Below are positions 16,137 to 17,592 of a stretch of DNA of 17,592 nt, piece by piece; the first letter of the stretch is position 1, and each line of letters opens with the position of its first letter. The translations under genes were made by a program, and so were the position numbers. Location of the stretch: positions 1-17,592 of the forward strand of contig CAYVAH010000013.1 of assembly GCA_964449215.1 (NCBI GenBank), read 5' to 3'. The notes beneath the pieces are model-generated. The model was given only the letters and a program-made list of their open reading frames with translations. It was not told where the DNA came from and did no database searches. The DNA comes from Candidatus Undinarchaeota archaeon (lineage in GTDB: Archaea; SpSt-1190).

Positions 16137-16967
16137 TCATTCCTTCTTGCCGAATATGTCCCCCAGCTCCCCAAAGGTGTATTTCTGGGCGAGACCCGCA
16201 GCCATCTGGGCTGCTTCCTTCCGTGCCTCCGCTCTGGCCAGATTTATGGAGCCTATCCAGCTCATCAACACCGAGGAGAACGCCAGCACGAGCATCACCA
16301 CAATAAATGTTGCCTGGACACTCATCGAGGCCAGGTAGGCGAGCTGCCACACAAACATGGCAAAGCCACCCGTGATAACAGCCAGGACCGAGGAAAACAC
16401 GACAACCAGAAGTTTCACCTTGCGGGAAAGCATGGTGAACCCCAGTATGTCCCGCAGGAAAAGAGCCATCGCCACGAAGGGCAGGAAACCGAAGAAAGCG
16501 AAGCACTGCCAGAGCGGAATCTTTTCCTTGAGGTATGTCCCACCCAGACTCGCCACATAGGTGTTCAGTTTCCCGGCCAGCTGGTCTGTGGACATCTGCA
16601 CAGAACTGCTGTCGCATTTCAGTTCATATTGCTCACTGTCGTAGTCGAAGGTGGCGGAGACCGTGCCTTTACAGTCGATGTTCATGGCCTGTTCCAGGGC
16701 TCCATGGAGCGGGTGCCCGGGACCGACCTCGAGTGACCCTGCTGAGAAAAGCTGGGACATATACGGATTGATGTACGGGCAGTATGCACGGGCACCCAGG
16801 CCGGACTCCTGAAGGAGTGTCGGGATATCCACCGGCAGTTTATCCACGACACCCTCCCGGAATTCCCCTTTCAGCGCTTCATCACCCTTCGAGAAATACC
16901 ACATGTAAAAAGAGCCGAAAAGAAGCATAAAAACAACCGCAACCTTCAAAGCAAGGTCCGAGAGCAT
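16137..16967 (-). CDS. Uncharacterised membrane protein, paralogue of 15242-16096, first gene of the array
   Basis: N-terminal TM, YCPYINPY ectodomain, WQCF, 3 TM segments and a helical tail. ATG at 16967, TTG at 16970. Confidence 0.87.
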   Translation of the reverse strand: MLSDLALKVAVVFMLLFGSFYMWYFSKGDEALKGEFREGVVDKLPVDIPTLLQESGLGARAYCPYINPYMSQLFSAGSLEVGPGHPLHGALEQAMNIDCKGTVSATFDYDSEQYELKCDSSSVQMSTDQLAGKLNTYVASLGGTYLKEKIPLWQCFAFFGFLPFVAMALFLRDILGFTMLSRKVKLLVVVFSSVLAVITGGFAMFVWQLAYLASMSVQATFIVVMLVLAFSSVLMSWIGSINLARAEARKEAAQMAAGLAQKYTFGELGDIFGKKE

Positions 16968-17015
16968 CAAAAAGGTAATAAGCTAGTTGCATTAATGCTT
17001 TTTGAGGGGTAGGAT

Positions 17016-17592
17016 TTGGTTCAGGAACCTGGGAAGCTTCTGAAGGTGCTGAGGAGCAATACTTTCCTGTTTTTTGGAGGGGTTGCCCTCTCACTTTTCT
17101 CCGTCTTCCTGCTCATGACAATCCTCGATCCCGGGAACGAGACCGCGAAATTCTGGATGCAAACCTGCTTCTCAATCGGGCTGGTCATAACAATCATAAA
17201 TCAGGTTCTCAGGAAGGGGGAAAAATATCAGAAAGGAATAGATGCCATGAATTCGCTCATACCCATAACCGCCGGAGGGTTCCTGATTGGCATCGGGCTG
17301 ATGGCCCTGATTTCCAGCCTCCTCGGCACGGACCTCGGAATGGGCATGATCATGGACCGCTGGGCAGGGGCACTGTTCATAACCCTTGGCAGCGAAATAA
17401 TACTCATAACCATAGCCGCCCTGAAATCGACAAAGGACAGCAAGAGACTCATCATAACCATCGGGACATGCTTCGCCATAGACTTCATAGCGGCCTTCAT
17501 CGTGTCGGCGTTCATGGGTGCTCCCTTCGTGAGTGCCATAACATTTCTCCTGCTCTCAACGGTTGTGACCGTTGCCCTGATGGCAGCCCTCG
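17016..17592 (+). CDS. Multi-pass membrane protein, truncated at the right edge (not in the ORF track)
   Basis: Manual translation from TTG 17016, with SD-like GAGGGGT upstream: MVQEPGKLLKVLRSNTFLFFGGVALSLFSVFLLMTIL...TFLLLSTVVTVALMAAL. It runs 192 codons without a stop and has about 6 hydrophobic segments. Confidence 0.8.
   Translation, partial: MVQEPGKLLKVLRSNTFLFFGGVALSLFSVFLLMTILDPGNETAKFWMQTCFSIGLVITIINQVLRKGEKYQKGIDAMNSLIPITAGGFLIGIGLMALISSLLGTDLGMGMIMDRWAGALFITLGSEIILITIAALKSTKDSKRLIITIGTCFAIDFIAAFIVSAFMGAPFVSAITFLLLSTVVTVALMAAL

Noticed and set aside
16995..17018. ATG CTT TTT GAG GGG TAG GAT TTG in frame with the last ORF (possible TAG/pyrrolysine read-through)
   Set aside because: The GAGGGGT works as an SD sequence for TTG 17016, and TAG serves as an ordinary stop at 13633 and 192.
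323..17539. Numerous 60-180 aa alternative-frame or antisense ORFs (e.g. 323-853, 12310-12735, 16120-16617, 17228-17539)
   Set aside because: They overlap well-supported genes and have no independent signals.
1..17592. CRISPR arrays, IS elements, DGR template/variable repeats
   Set aside because: I saw no regularly spaced repeats, transposase, reverse transcriptase or long near-identical DNA repeat pair. Similarity between the paralogous genes is old and visible mainly at protein level.

Overview
Archaeal genomic DNA, judged from TATA boxes about 20-26 nt upstream of starts, an intron-containing tRNA, a PGF-pre-PGF protein and an MJ-type archaeal ATPase. The compact layout and gene repertoire suggest a DPANN-type, possibly thermophilic lineage (inference only). 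From left to right: a truncated minus-strand ORF and a 44-46 aa minus-strand ORF, both missed by the ORF track; a UPF0104/flippase-like membrane protein; a 1963-aa secreted protein with about 10 macroglobulin-like Ig modules, coupled to a membrane-anchored CARDB/PGF-pre-PGF protein with a thrombospondin-like motif; tRNA-Tyr(GTA) with a highly structured 70-nt intron and a relaxed splice motif; a membrane-anchored clan GH-A glycoside hydrolase; an orphan AbiEii/DUF6036-like nucleotidyltransferase; a Nudix hydrolase coupled to a short MetRS; an archaeal AAA ATPase; a tandem array of four uncharacterised membrane proteins, two of them clearly paralogous; and a divergent multi-pass membrane protein running off the right edge. 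The best candidates for an undescribed system are the four-gene membrane array (13633-16967), the giant surface protein with its anchor partner (1283-8576) and the multi-hairpin tRNA intron. All family calls come from motif recognition by eye; no searches were run.
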